From Pseudogymnoascus verrucosus (taxonomy: Eukaryota), in assembly GCA_001662655.1 (NCBI GenBank), contig KV460224.1: a DNA stretch of 64,000 nt. The stretch is one strand, 5' to 3'. This document shows positions 24,691 through 37,206 of this stretch, in pieces. Position 1 is the first letter of the stretch. Each line of letters starts with the position of its first letter. The position numbers and the translations under genes were made by a program. Under the pieces are notes generated by a model. It ran no database searches and was not told where the DNA came from. It saw only the letters and a list, made by a program, of their open reading frames with translations.

Positions 24691-26065
24691 TCATCCCTGA
24701 AAGAGTAAACCCGCAGCGAATTCAACATTTCCATCGCATGCATTCAGCGCATTGACGGCCTCCTCTCTAGAAAAGCCTAGTGCGACTAGCTGGTCGATAG
24801 ACTCTGCTGAGGGAGCAGGTGCCGAAGCAGGAGCAGCTTGCGATGGTTGAATCGGAGGCTGCGGTTGGGGAGTCGCGGCAGCCTGCGCAGCCGGTGCGGC
24901 AGGTGTATTGGCTGTTGCTGGTCCGGCCGGGCCAGATATCGCCCCCGACCTTCCCCCAATGGTAGTACCACCAGGGCCCTCAACCGTGGGCTCGGTGACC
25001 TCTTCGAAACTCCTTGGTATATCTGCTTCGCCAAGGAAAGGCACCTCTACGTCTTGGATAACGAGCTTGTCTTTCGACAAATCTATGCATGCTTGATGCC
25101 TTTTAAGCATGTCAAGCCCAAGGAGGAGATCCACATCCTTGCCTTCCATGACAGTGAAACTGCAGGGGAGGAATAGGCTTCCGATTTTGATCTGAGCTGA
25201 GTGAACCCTGCCCAAGATATTTGCCGTGCCCACACCTCTTGCAATGCCCGCAAAACGTTTATCAACGAGCCTCATGATCCCGCAGGACTCAGCACAGGAT
25301 GGTGACATGATGGTTGCTTGAGCCCCAGAGTCGACGAAAGCCTTAACCTTGTGGCCGTTGACCTCGACGTCGATATATAACATGTGAACCCTGCCAAACA
25401 CTAAAACGCCACAGTTAGACACCTCCATCAGTATGTATCTCTGATCTGGGCTACTTACCTTCGGGGTTGTGCTCGATGGCATTCTGGAGATTCTCCTGAA
25501 CCCTCTCTTCTCTGATCATCTCAGCAATGCGAGTCTGTGCATCGATATCAAACGGATCCGCGTTGAGGTCAGCAATGTGCTGCTGGCGCATCATCCTCTC
25601 TCTGCGTTCCTGATCCTGCATCTGTCTGAACAGCTGAGCAAATCTTTGTGGGTTTTCGACAGCCGCTGCCAATTCTGGTTGTGCTCGCTGGACTTCTTGT
25701 CGCATGCGAGGGTTGCCGAGGAGCTGGAGTCGAATCACCTCTGGATCTTGCTCCTCACGACTGGCGGCTGGCCGTCTGGCTGGTTGCTGTGCTGGGCCTG
25801 GTTGAGGGACGCCGGTATTCCCTACGATGTCCCTGACATGCAATGCAAGCATATCGCCATCCACGACCTGTAACTGCTCCAGTGTCTTGTTGTCGTCGGA
25901 GAGCAGCTGCCCGTTGTGGTAGATGTGTTGTGAAGTCGTCGGGATGTGAGCTTCGGCCTGGACCATCCCCTTCAACGAGCCAACCGTTGTTTCTGTCGGA
26001 ACCTCTAGATTGAGAAGGTCATGTTCGAGGGCCTCTTCGGAGGCAATATTCAGAGTGAGCCGCAT
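24691..26065 (-). CDS. DDI1: DNA-damage-inducible aspartyl protease (UBL-RVP-UBA)
   Basis: UBL N-terminus, [14 protein letters not shown] across an intron (about 25401-25458), FVDSGAQ active site, C-terminal UBA ([15 protein letters not shown]). Confidence 0.94.
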
Positions 26066-27320
26066 CCTGGGCGAGCTCTGAAATCAAGAGTCGCACGCCT
26101 GGTTTGTCGTTAGTCAATTGGTGCAACGAAGGCTGTGGGTGAGAACCGTACGATGTGAGGGATCACAAAAGTATAGGATATTAGACTTGATATATTCACC
26201 TCGAGCAAGTAAGGAGCAGAGCAGCTTGTTGATTCAACGTTGAGGTTCGATATTCACTCTTTAGCTGTTTACGTGGGGTAAGGAGCGGCGAAAGTTTGTG
26301 TGTGCAGTGTGGTGGCGGTTTATATGAATAATATTCCCGGAAGTGGTATAGTGGAATGCGAGCGAATGCACTCGAAAGTGCAGTTCGAAGAGTTTTATAG
26401 GAGGCACGAGTTGCGAACAGAGGCTTTGTAATTGATGTTTGGATGAGTGGGCACGAGAGATGGAAGCGATCCAGACCGTTGTGAATCTGTATGTATCCAG
26501 CCAGGCAGGCACGACCGAAAACTAATACCTTATTATTCTGGCATGAATAGTGAGGCAGCGCCTCGATGACGACGTCAACGACGACGTCGTTCTTATCATT
26601 ATCAGATGTACTCATTATGCGCTGCGCCTCTACCGCCACGTATTTTACTATCCAGAACTTGAAATATATCCTGCAAATAACTACAGTGCACTGAATATTC
26701 ACCGTGATGGTATTTCAGTATCCCAATTGATCACAGACCGAGATTCATAGGCACATGTATGCACATGTATGGATCTAGGATTACTACAACAGACAGTCTA
26801 GTCCATTCGCACAGTAGTGTGTACTGCCACAAACCGTGGAATACCATAACGGCATACTGTGTTGATCAGACACCGTGAGGGAAAGAGGATTAGCTGGTCG
26901 CCGTTCCTACAGATAATTAACCTTGTCTGTCTTGCCTTGTCTTGCCTTGTTGCGCCTTGTCTTGCCTTGAAAGTACCTTTTTACTGGTCGCTGTCACTAC
27001 CACCAACTTATATTCTGAGCCCCCGTATTCAGTATTGTATTATAATCTTCTATTACCTGTCTTATACCATACATTCCCAGCCTCACACGACCTAATAAGC
27101 CAATCCCGTGAGAAACCGCAGCCAACGATCTTGTGGCTGAATTATTGGGTGGTAAGCCTTATCGCCATCCGCCTAGTCTGCCCCTCATCACCCCGCAATC
27201 TCTACCACAGGAAAAAGGCGCGCTACGTATGACGATGAGCGAACGATCTATGCCTGGCCCTTACGCTTAACATGGCACTCTGACCTGACACTCTCCACAG
27301 AAAAAAAAACCCCCTCAACC

Positions 27321-28517
27321 ATGCCTCTCGATCCCGATCACCAGGAGGTGCAAGATGCGCCGATAATACAGAACGTCGACGAGCTGGGCGGCCCTCCCGG
27401 CGACTACTCTGATGACGCTAATAACAGGTTCTTTATCACCAACAACGCGGACGAGGGACAGCAGGGCGAAGACATCCGGTCTCTGCGCTCTCTGCATCCG
27501 TATACTCGTCCGCTGACCGTCTCCGACCTCGACTCCTGCATTGCTCTCGAGAATGCCGCCTTTAACGAGAATGAGAGATGCAGCCCGGATAAGGTGAGCT
27601 TGTTCTTATATGTCACGTGTGGTTCTTGTTCTTCCCCGTTGCTGCCATTGCGAAGGTATATTGCTACGTACCTGCTGTATTACTTCCTCCCCAAGAGAAA
27701 CCAATTGTTATTTCCTCGAAATTCCCATCTTGCGCGTTGTCGTTGAAACCTTGCCCGGCATGTTGGCTTCAAGTCTCCCGAAGCATGCCGATATATACCT
27801 CACCATCACCTGAGGATTCAATTCCCCCCAGCAACCACACAAAACCACCAGTCCCAACTTCTAACCACCCCAAACAGTTCAAATACCGCCTCAGCAAATG
27901 CGGCGAACTCAGCCTCGGCCTCTTCTGCACCGCGACCCCCGACTCCGACATCCCCGCCGCGACCCTCGCGACCGGCAAACCCGTCGAGACCTCCCGCGCC
28001 AACGGCGCCGTCAGCGTTCTCCTCGCCCACGTCGTCGCGACCAAGACGCGCGACGGCCTCGCCACCGACGTCGCCATGGATTATCCGCGGGACTGGGAGA
28101 GCATCAAGAGGGATGAGAGGATCGAGGGGCATCATGAGGATGGGAGGACCATCTGTGTGCATTCCCTGGCTGTGCTGCCCGAGTTTCAGGGGTCGGGGAT
28201 TGGACGCACTATCATGATGGCGTATATGCAGCAGATGAATGGGGCGGGGATTGCGGATAGGTTGGCTATTATTGCGCATGGAGTGAGTTGAGCACCGTTG
28301 TCACTGTTGGAAGGTGGATTGCTAACAGTGAAGCCCTTGGTGCCGTACTATGAGAAGCTTGGGTTTGTGAGCAAGGGACCTAGCGAGGCTCAGTTCGGAG
28401 GAGGAGGGTGGATTGATATGGTTAGTTTGCTACCGCTCCCCATTTGCAGGCAATTCAAGCTGACCCAGATAGATATTCGACCTCAAATCCATCGAGGCAC
28501 GAGCCATGTACGGATGA
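27321..28517 (+). CDS. GNAT acetyltransferase, polyamine/arylalkylamine N-acetyltransferase (Paa1-like), 4 exons
   Basis: RPLTVSDLDSCIALENAAF, TICVHSLAVLPEFQGSGIG, LVPYYEKLGF. GT-AG introns at about 27594-27878, 28284-28333 and 28421-28472. Confidence 0.85.
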
Positions 28518-28668
28518 GTCTAGCGGGCACAGGAACGGCGGCGCAACGGCGGCGCCGCATTATACGGAGGATGAGTTCAGTAGCAGTCAGACACAGGGTG
28601 AAGGGCGCTGCATTGTATGCATTTGCTGGAGAAATATCATATCATAGTGCCATCCCGGCAAATTCCAA

Positions 28669-30237
28669 CTATCTTAGCTTGTAAACACACGGTTTCAGCA
28701 CCCCCGCCTCGCTCGAGACCGGCACGTCCTCCTCCTCCAGGAACTTAGGCTTCGCCTTCGGCTTCCACGTCGTCTGGCCCATCTTCTCCATCCCCTTAGG
28801 CACCGGGACGCACTTCCCCTTCATAGGCGCTAGTGCCTTGACGAAGGTCATCTTGACGAACATCCTGTTACTCAGATCCACCGCCTTCTCGCCCTGTAGC
28901 ACGAACCCCCTCTTCCGTAGCACCTCCACGAAAGCAGACACGTCCGTCTCGGCCTTGGTATCATCGTGCCCGTCCACCTCGACGAGGAGATCCGCATTAT
29001 CGGCATCCTCATCCATCTTCTTCGCCGCCTTCGCAGCAGGCTTCTTCCTATTCCCCACACTATGCTCGACGCGTTTATGCGCGCCTCCCACCCTGCCAAA
29101 CCGGCTCTTAATCTCCGCAATCCACAACTCCCCCTTCCAATGCAGAATCCTGTATGCCTCCTCGATGAAATCAACCCAATTGGTTCCCATGAGCGCTAGA
29201 CAGAAGATCGCAACATCACAACTATTATCCTCCAACGGCAAATTCGAAATATCCGCCTTCGTAACAAACGGACTCGGGTTCTGCAAATCATAACTGAAAA
29301 CCTGCACCTTAAGCGCCTTCTTCTCCTTCTCCAGCGCCTGCGTCAACTTCGCATCTCCACACCCGAGATCAGCAATATAGCACGTCCCCACCGTCCTCGG
29401 CAACGGCAGCTTATCAATCTCTCTCCCCGTATCAGGATGTTCCCCCTTCCCCCGCGGATTCGCCGCCACCTTCCCCCGTGTACGGATCTGCGCGATATAC
29501 GTATCAACAGGGTTCTCGGGCCACACCTCGACCTGGCGGCGGAATCCCTCGTGGTACTCGTGGAACATCTCGGGGTTCTCGGAGAATAACGACAGGGAGT
29601 GTGCGGAGGGCGTGGTGTAGAGGGTTTGGTTGAGGTGGCGGAAGCGGGCTGAGACGAGCTTTTGACGCATGGATGCTTGGAGAGGGGTGAGTTTAGGTTG
29701 GATTTTGGCGGGGGCGGGGGCGGAGATGGTGTGTGTTTCTGTGGGTTCGTCGGTCGAGGGCGCGGCGTTGGCTTTGGCTTTCTTCTCGCGCTTCTTGTCT
29801 TTCATGGTCTTTCTCTTCTGGCCTCTCTCGGAGAGTGTGATGGCACCTGTTGAGTCGACGGCGGGGGCAGCGGCGGGTTTCGCATCTGCAACCTCGGTGG
29901 CTGCTGGTGCCTTTGCATCGGTGCTGGGGAGCTCCTTCGCAGGCTCCTGTGTGACCTTCTGTCTCTTCTCGCTGGGCTTCGCCTTCGCTGCCTTTCCTCC
30001 CTTAGGCGTCTGATCCTTCTCGATAACCGACGCATAGAGATCTGCTACATTGGCCTCGCTGACATTGGCCTGCTTCTGGTCTTTACTCGCACGCTTCCTC
30101 TTCTGTCCAGCTGCACCCGCCGGGCCAGCCTCGTTCGAAGCTCCATCTGCCACTGGGGTTTGTTCCGACTTGGCTGGTTTGAGAGTCTGTGTTTTCAGCG
30201 CACTCGCCGGAACGGACCAGCCTTTTACCGCGAACAT
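28669..30237 (-). CDS. RRP8: 25S rRNA adenine-N1 methyltransferase
   Basis: SARFRHLNQTLYT, YHEGFRRQVEVWPENPVD, IADLGCGDA, FCLALMGTNW, LKPCVYKLR. Confidence 0.93.
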   Translation of the reverse strand: MFAVKGWSVPASALKTQTLKPAKSEQTPVADGASNEAGPAGAAGQKRKRASKDQKQANVSEANVADLYASVIEKDQTPKGGKAAKAKPSEKRQKVTQEPAKELPSTDAKAPAATEVADAKPAAAPAVDSTGAITLSERGQKRKTMKDKKREKKAKANAAPSTDEPTETHTISAPAPAKIQPKLTPLQASMRQKLVSARFRHLNQTLYTTPSAHSLSLFSENPEMFHEYHEGFRRQVEVWPENPVDTYIAQIRTRGKVAANPRGKGEHPDTGREIDKLPLPRTVGTCYIADLGCGDAKLTQALEKEKKALKVQVFSYDLQNPSPFVTKADISNLPLEDNSCDVAIFCLALMGTNWVDFIEEAYRILHWKGELWIAEIKSRFGRVGGAHKRVEHSVGNRKKPAAKAAKKMDEDADNADLLVEVDGHDDTKAETDVSAFVEVLRKRGFVLQGEKAVDLSNRMFVKMTFVKALAPMKGKCVPVPKGMEKMGQTTWKPKAKPKFLEEEDVPVSSEAGVLKPCVYKLR

Positions 30238-32088
30238 GGTTGCTCGAGGAAAAAGAGGGGATTTTCTGTGTGTTGTGATTGTGGGTGTGGAGTTTGGGGT
30301 GGTCTCGTTATCGGTCACCAGCTTGGCCGTGATAAAAAATTCGGAGACCAAATAAATTCCTCGCTTCGTTTACCCCACATTTTTGGCTTGCACAGTACGA
30401 TTGACCCAGCACTGTCACTCCTTAATTACTGGTTAAGGCCGAAATCCGGGAGGAACCGATCTGACGGGGTTGTGTACCTTTGTGACAACTCTCTCTCTCT
30501 CTCTCTATCTTCCCTTCCTGCTGTGTACCGTGGAGACTGTTAACTCGGCCGCAGCGTTCTCATTCGAAACACGTATATCTACATATTCTAACTGCGGAAT
30601 GCAGATGGCCAGATGATGCGGTCGGTCGGTTTGTTTGTTCCCCGGATTACTGCGCATGGCGATTGAAGGATGGGGTGTTTTGCTGGTCTGCGAGGGCCTG
30701 GAATCGAGTGAGTGATTGATCGAGTGAGTGAGTGAGGGCGTCACGAACCCCGAAAATAGACTCAACGCAGATGCGCAGCCATTGCAGTAGCTCTTTTCTC
30801 TCTCTTTGGGACCAACTAGGCACTTCGAGAAGGCGTTTATGCAGCTCTCACGCTCTTTTCAGCTGGCATCGTCCCAACGACGCGAGGGGAGATGAGGGTG
30901 CTACGAGGGTGCTGCGCCTTGTCGGAGGGGATGTGATAGGTCGACTGCATCTGGGGAGGGCGTCTGGTGCATTGGGGTGTGCATCTACCCGTCGCAATGG
31001 GATGTTTGTGGTATATAATTGGGTGTTATATATATATCTAGACAGATATTGACGTATATGTGTATGTATGCGTATGTATGTGTATAGATGATATGGATAG
31101 TAGTGTGTGTGGAATGGACATGGAATGTGTGTGAGAGTGAGAGTGAGAGTGCGCGTGTGTGAAGTTATACTCGTAGTACCCGCAGCACAGCACAGCACCT
31201 TCAAGCCCTTTCACCAACTGACTTACCTGCAAGTAAAGTAAAGTATGATGAACATTGTATACGGAATACGGGATACGATATACGGTATAGTATAGCTGTG
31301 TCATCTTTCCTTGTTGCTGTTTCTCTGCTGTAGTCTGCTGCACATACCACAGTAACTGACACAGATAGAACAGACATACCCGTCCAACTCACCTTTCATC
31401 GCTCTTCTCCTTGGAATGTACTGTGCAGCACTCTAGTACAGCACTACAATACCATAATATATGTACGGCCGTAATATGCAAGACTACATGCATTGATCTG
31501 CTGGCCGCTGGCTGCTGGCCGCCGCTGGCTGCTGCGTTCTCTGCGTTCTCCATGCATAAATGGCTTTGGCCGTTACTCGCCATACATATTATTATCCCCC
31601 CAATGCGTCCGATGTGCGCCCCGATGTGTCCCATCTGTCCAATCTGTCCAATCTGTCCCATCTGTCGGCGGGAACTAAGACCCTAAGACAAGGGAATTAC
31701 ACTAAACCTCCACCCAAATCCCACTAACGCACGCCCTCAATAGCCTCGCCCCGCCCTACAACGCCTACTGCGGACTGTCCGGAAAGTGCCACAATCAATA
31801 CCGGCATATCAGTTTCACCACAATACTACTCCAACCACTCCAACCGCACAATCCCACACACAAACACTCAGAAATCTGATTGATGGCCGAACCATCCCCC
31901 CTCCTTGCTCCCCCATGCCCTTCATAGCCCCATCGCCATCTCCATCTCCATCTGCCCCCATATGCCATCCTTCCTCTTTAATCCCTCCGCTCCGCACACC
32001 ACCTGGTTGACCCACGACAAACTTCACCTTGACATCCTGCCATGCGCCTGCTGTGATTGCCCCGTAGGGGTCCAAACCCGCCGAAGCT

Positions 32089-35000
32089 ATGGATGCCGCC
32101 GGTCCTGCCGCCGAGCTACACCAGGGGACTAGCCGCGACGACGACGAGACGCTTGTAGATGCCCCCACCGAGGCCTCTGCGGCAAAGAATGCGGCCAATG
32201 CACGAGCGTCGCGACGGCGGACGAAGACGGGGTGCCTGAGTGAGTTTCACATCCTTATCATGCCCTCACCGGCTCCCTATATGCGCACAGAGCTAATCAT
32301 CCTCTAGCTTGCCGACGACGGCGAATAAAATGCGGCGAGGAGCGCCCTACCTGTGGCAATTGCATCAAGTCGAAGCGCCAATGCGAGGGGTATAACCAAC
32401 GTGTTATCTTCAAAGATCCATTGAACACCTACCGAGGCCCGACTAGCAGCATTGCGACCCATTCGGGATTCGTTGCGAGGCCCATACGACAGCAGGGCTC
32501 ACTGGGCGCTCATGGCCGGCCTGTACAATCGAAGGTTCCCGGGGGAGCGTCACAGCAAAACATCCCGCCTCGGGCCGGAGGTTCTTCACAATCAGATACC
32601 AGCAGACCTGCGACCGTCTTCCAGGGCTTCGTTCACAATGATTCCGCTACTTTTCAACCGCAGCAGAGCGTAGTCAATCCTTTGCGCCGAGAATCGGAGA
32701 TCAGCCATGGAGGGTCAGAAGCACCCGCGCAATGGGACAATCCCGTGAATAGTGTGCCAGTCTCCAGTCCATTGGATGCCCAATGGATCACAGCTCCACA
32801 GCCACCTCAATATCACCATGAGCCTACGTACTCGGAGGTGTACGAAGATCAAGCCCAGATGACACATGATTCGTATTTGGGCGACATACCGATGCAGCAG
32901 TCCCACGATACGGGCAACAGAAGCGCTGACCTGAGTAACCGTTCGTCGGTGTCCCAGGGTCATGTAGACGACATCAGTTATGTACAGGGTTATCAGCAAG
33001 AGTACCAAGCCCCGACTCAGCAAGGTGCCTGGAGCCAAGTAGCCCGCCCTATTATGTCGTCGCCGCCATACGAGCCAGTCACCAATGAATTCTATGACAC
33101 GAGAAATCCAATCCATAGAACAGACGAGGAGGACGAAGACGACGATGATAGCGATCCATTCGACGTTTCTGACGACGAGGATGAAGACGAAGAACCACGC
33201 AATGGCGGAGCTCATTTTGACCCCAGGTCACGAGAAATCCAGAGGCTCAGAAGAGACAATGAGCTCGCAACCGTTATGGCTATTCAAGCGGCGCAAACTC
33301 GAGAAGATACACGGATTCGAACATATCACTCTGTGATAGAAAACTACGGCCCGAATATGCTTGCTAGCTATTATCCTTCAGCTCGGGACTCGCCGTTGAG
33401 CAATCCTATTGCTGCGGGCATATTTTGCCATTTCATCAATGTTATTGCACCGAGTTTGTCCATGTTTGAACGTCACCCTGTGAACCCATCTATTGTGTTT
33501 CGAGGGAATCCTGTGCCGAAGTCTCAGCAGCATATCTGGTCTTGTAAGTCACTATCTTGACACAGAGAGATCCAACACTAACTTGTTTCAGATACCATGC
33601 CTACTATTGCACTTCGGAACCATGCCCTCTGCCACGCGATGTTGGCAATGGCAAGTCTCCATATCGCAAAGCTAGAAAACGGACCCATCACCGTATCACT
33701 AAGGCATTACCATATTGCTATTAGGAAGCTGGCAAAGAACGTTGGCTCCTCCACCAGACGCAAACAGCTCGCAACTTTAGCTACCACACTACTTCTTGGA
33801 TTCTACGAGGTTATCTCTGCAGACCATAGTAAATGGTGTGACCATCTGCTTGGAGCACATCAACTGGTCAAGCAGATTGATTTTTCTGGAATAACTCGAT
33901 ATTTAAAGACCAAGAAGGCATACATGGCAAATCTGCCACCTCAAAATGTATATTATGGCGGCGACATGTCCTCTGATACCCCGATCGTATATGGCCACGA
34001 TAGCATGGAAGATTCGAGTCTATCTATGAACGATGAAGTTGACGAGAATCTAGTGGGAATTATCATGGGAAAGCAGATCAGATATGCCGAATACGGAGAG
34101 ATTATTGAGGACCCTGATGGACCGTATATGGGAAATAAAAGGTTTACGCAGCGCGAACTGGATCTATTTGATACCCAACAGGATCTTTTTTGGTGGTATA
34201 CCAAGCAGGACGTCTTTCAGAGCATTCTCAGCCAAAATAGGCTATTGTAAGCTTTCAACCTCAGCGATAACGTATCTACGTACTGACTGTTAAGTTTAAA
34301 CTACGATAGATGGAGTCACTGTCCTCCGCGAGCACCCCTAGGTCGCCGTGATGCTGTGTATGCCAGCCTACTTCCCTTGTATATACTGATTTGCTGACCC
34401 TTTCTAGATATGGTACATTCGACCATCTGGTGCTGCTGCTAGGAAGACTATGCTGTTTTGCCGCCAAAGACGTGAGGCGCAAGAAGAGAGCAATGGCGGC
34501 TAACAGAGGGCAATGGGGACCGCCTCCAGGCGCACCTGGGGGTCCAAATCCAGGGCCACCAATGCCTCCTAATCAGCAGCCTCAAGGTGGGCGAGGAATG
34601 CCGCCTATGCCCGGAATGCCTCCCAATCAGCAACCTCAAGGCGGACCGGGAATGCCTATGCCTCCAGGCGGGCGAGGAATGCCTATGTCAGCAATGCCTT
34701 CATTCGCCGGTATGCTACCAGGCATCCGCAAAGCTTCATTACCAAGAGGATTCAGCCCATCAAGTGAAGACTCGCCGCCGGCAAATAGCGATGAAGGCGA
34801 CGAACGCCTCAGCGAGCAAACTGCCAAGGCCGAAGAGGAGTGGAACGGTATCCGAAGCGTGTTCGGCATGTTCGAACAGCACCTGGGACCGGATTTTGCA
34901 CCCCTCGGACCTGAATACGCCCAGGAAATCCCATCGCCTTTCGGCCCAGCAATTCAATATCGTACTTACGGTATGGCTTTGATGTGGCTCACGTACTACA

Positions 35001-35632
35001 TGGGTCTTATTGTCTGCCACAGATCGCATCCTTCGATGCCCCCATCAGCGATGATGGCAGCTGGGTTTGCCGCGCAACAAACGGGATTGTTTGCGAATAC
35101 GATTGGCCGGATATCAGCTGGTATAACAGCCGATACATCGTCAGCGACGCGAGTGAATGTTGGAACCGGTGCAGCCCTCAACGACTCCTGCTTTGCCCTT
35201 TTTGTCGCTGGAGTCCAAGTATGTAGCCTTCTATTTCAAATCCCATGCACAGATGCTAATATACGTTTTTAGGTACAAGATCAAGCCCAGCGACACTGGG
35301 TTGTTCAGCGGTGTCTGGATATAGAGCGTCTCACTGGGTTCGAGACAGCTAGCCACATCGCCCGAGGCTGCGAGACCTCGTGGACAAGAGCCGCGGCGAT
35401 GGGTAAAGGGGCTCCTTATACGCGGTATACGGAGCAGGCCCCTGTAGACAAGGTGTGGAGCCGAGCAGGTCAGAGGCTGGAGAGGATGAGGATCACTGCT
35501 GGAGAAGAGCAGCATGTGCATCCCCAGAGCACTGAGAGGGTGGGAAGAGTCCAGTTCGCAGTTGGTATTCTTGGAGTCACGAGCCACTTCGGGAAGCTGG
35601 ATTTAGAAAGTGATGATGAAGAAGATCGATGA
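32089..35632 (+). CDS. Zn(II)2Cys6 transcription factor with fungal-specific TF domain, multi-exon
   Basis: RRRTKTGCL-(intron 32240-32308)-CRRRRIKCGEERPTCGNCIKSKRQCEGY; later MPTIALRNHALCHAMLAMASLHIA...ATTLLLGFYEV. Confidence 0.9.
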
Positions 35633-35781
35633 ATGCATGGCGTGGGAGTAGGTTTAATGGAAGCAAGCGGACATTGGTGGTGTTTTGGGTTCCATCGCAT
35701 CTACGGGGCGGTAAACTTCAGTGTGCAATCAATTCAAAATTATGACCTCACGTTTCCCAATCAGCAGAACAGATACACATG

Positions 35782-35812
35782 TAGATGCCAGATGCCAGAT
35801 GCCAGATGCCAG
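35782..35812 (+). repeat. 7-bp tandem repeat (agatgcc)x4
   Basis: agatgccagatgccagatgccagatgccag between convergent genes. Confidence 0.85.
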
Positions 35813-35865
35813 TGACTTTTGCTTTCAAGAACTCCCAATCTCTATCATAAAATACATAGCTCAGT

Positions 35866-36805
35866 CTAGTTCGCTGGTAATCTCTCCACGACCGCAGCCA
35901 TCTCCTCATCCGTGTAAATCCGGAATCCCCTCTCCTTAGTCACGCTCGCCAGCTGCACGTTCTTGGAATCGAGCTTCTCCTCCATAACCTGCTTCAGCGT
36001 CTTCAGGACCAGTGTCTCGGCCTCCTCAATCGTCAGAGACTACACCAACACCATTAGCACTCACTCACTCCCATCTCCAGGGTCATCCTCAAACCTACTT
36101 TGTGGAACTCATTCTGCAACTCCGCCTGCGCCCCCTCCGACCCCGACCCAATAGCCTTAGCATCATACCTATAAAACGTCCCACTCGGCTCCGCATGATA
36201 CAGCTGCGGCCCATCCTCATCAAACCCCGCAATCAACAACGCCACCCCAAACGGCCTACTCATAATACTCTCCTCCCCATCCGCGCCCTCTCCAAACCTC
36301 AACGCCAAATCGCAAATCGCCTGCGTACAGCTCTCCACGCGCAGCGGCTCATTGTAGTTGAACGCATGGTTCTGCGACTCCACGCGCGCGTGCTCGACCA
36401 TGCTGCGGGCGTCGGCTTGCAGGCCGGACATGGCGCACCCGATGTGGCGGTCGATTTCGACGATCTTTTCGACGGAGGAGGTCTCGAGGAGGGTGGAGGT
36501 TACGCGCTTTTCGACGCCGAGGACCACGCCGCCGCCGGTGGCGACGCCGATGGCGGTCGAACCGAGCTTGATTGCTTCGAGGGAGTATTCGACTTGGAAG
36601 AGGCGGCCTTCGGGGGAGAAGGTGCTGGTGGGTGGTGGTGTTAGAGAGGGGCGGTATGATGGGGGGTTGGGGTGTTGGTTAGAGAGGGGAGGAGCTTACT
36701 TGATCCCGCGATCTGTAAAGATTTGTTAGTTTGGAGCTGTGGTTTTGGAAGAATGAAGGTCCACCTGGGTGGCTACTCACCATATTCCGAACGTGCGATA
36801 AACAT
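35866..36805 (-). CDS. PUP2: 20S proteasome subunit alpha-5, multi-exon
   Basis: [55 protein letters not shown]. Confidence 0.96.
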
Positions 36806-37206
36806 GCTTGCTTGCTAGCTGGACTCTACCAGGCTTGAGCTGAGGATGTGTAGATGTGAACCGTAGACTAGAGACGGCAGTGATATCTCGGTGTGGGGGG
36901 TTCTGTTTGTCAGGGTATCACGGAGAAGTGGAAGGTGAGGTTGTTGGTAAATCGAAGCTTGGGTCCTGGGTTGATTGATGGCAAGGCAGGCACTGGTCCA
37001 CGAAGCTGTGGTCGAATGGAGCTAGAGCTGAGCTAGGTAGAGCGAGACATGCAGCCCAGATTTAGCGAACCCGCGAGGCGCGTGTCGGGTCGCTACCCCA
37101 CGCGTCGACCAAGAGACGAGCAAGGCTGAGTCCATTTCACTTTTCTCCATGGGAAAGCAACGGCAGTTTTTTTGACGACTTCAAATGAGAGCTGAGCAGT
37201 AGGATA

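Noticed and set aside
26196..26702. 168-aa minus-strand ORF upstream of DDI1
   Set aside because: Non-ATG start, no motif or codon bias; probably intergenic or UTR.
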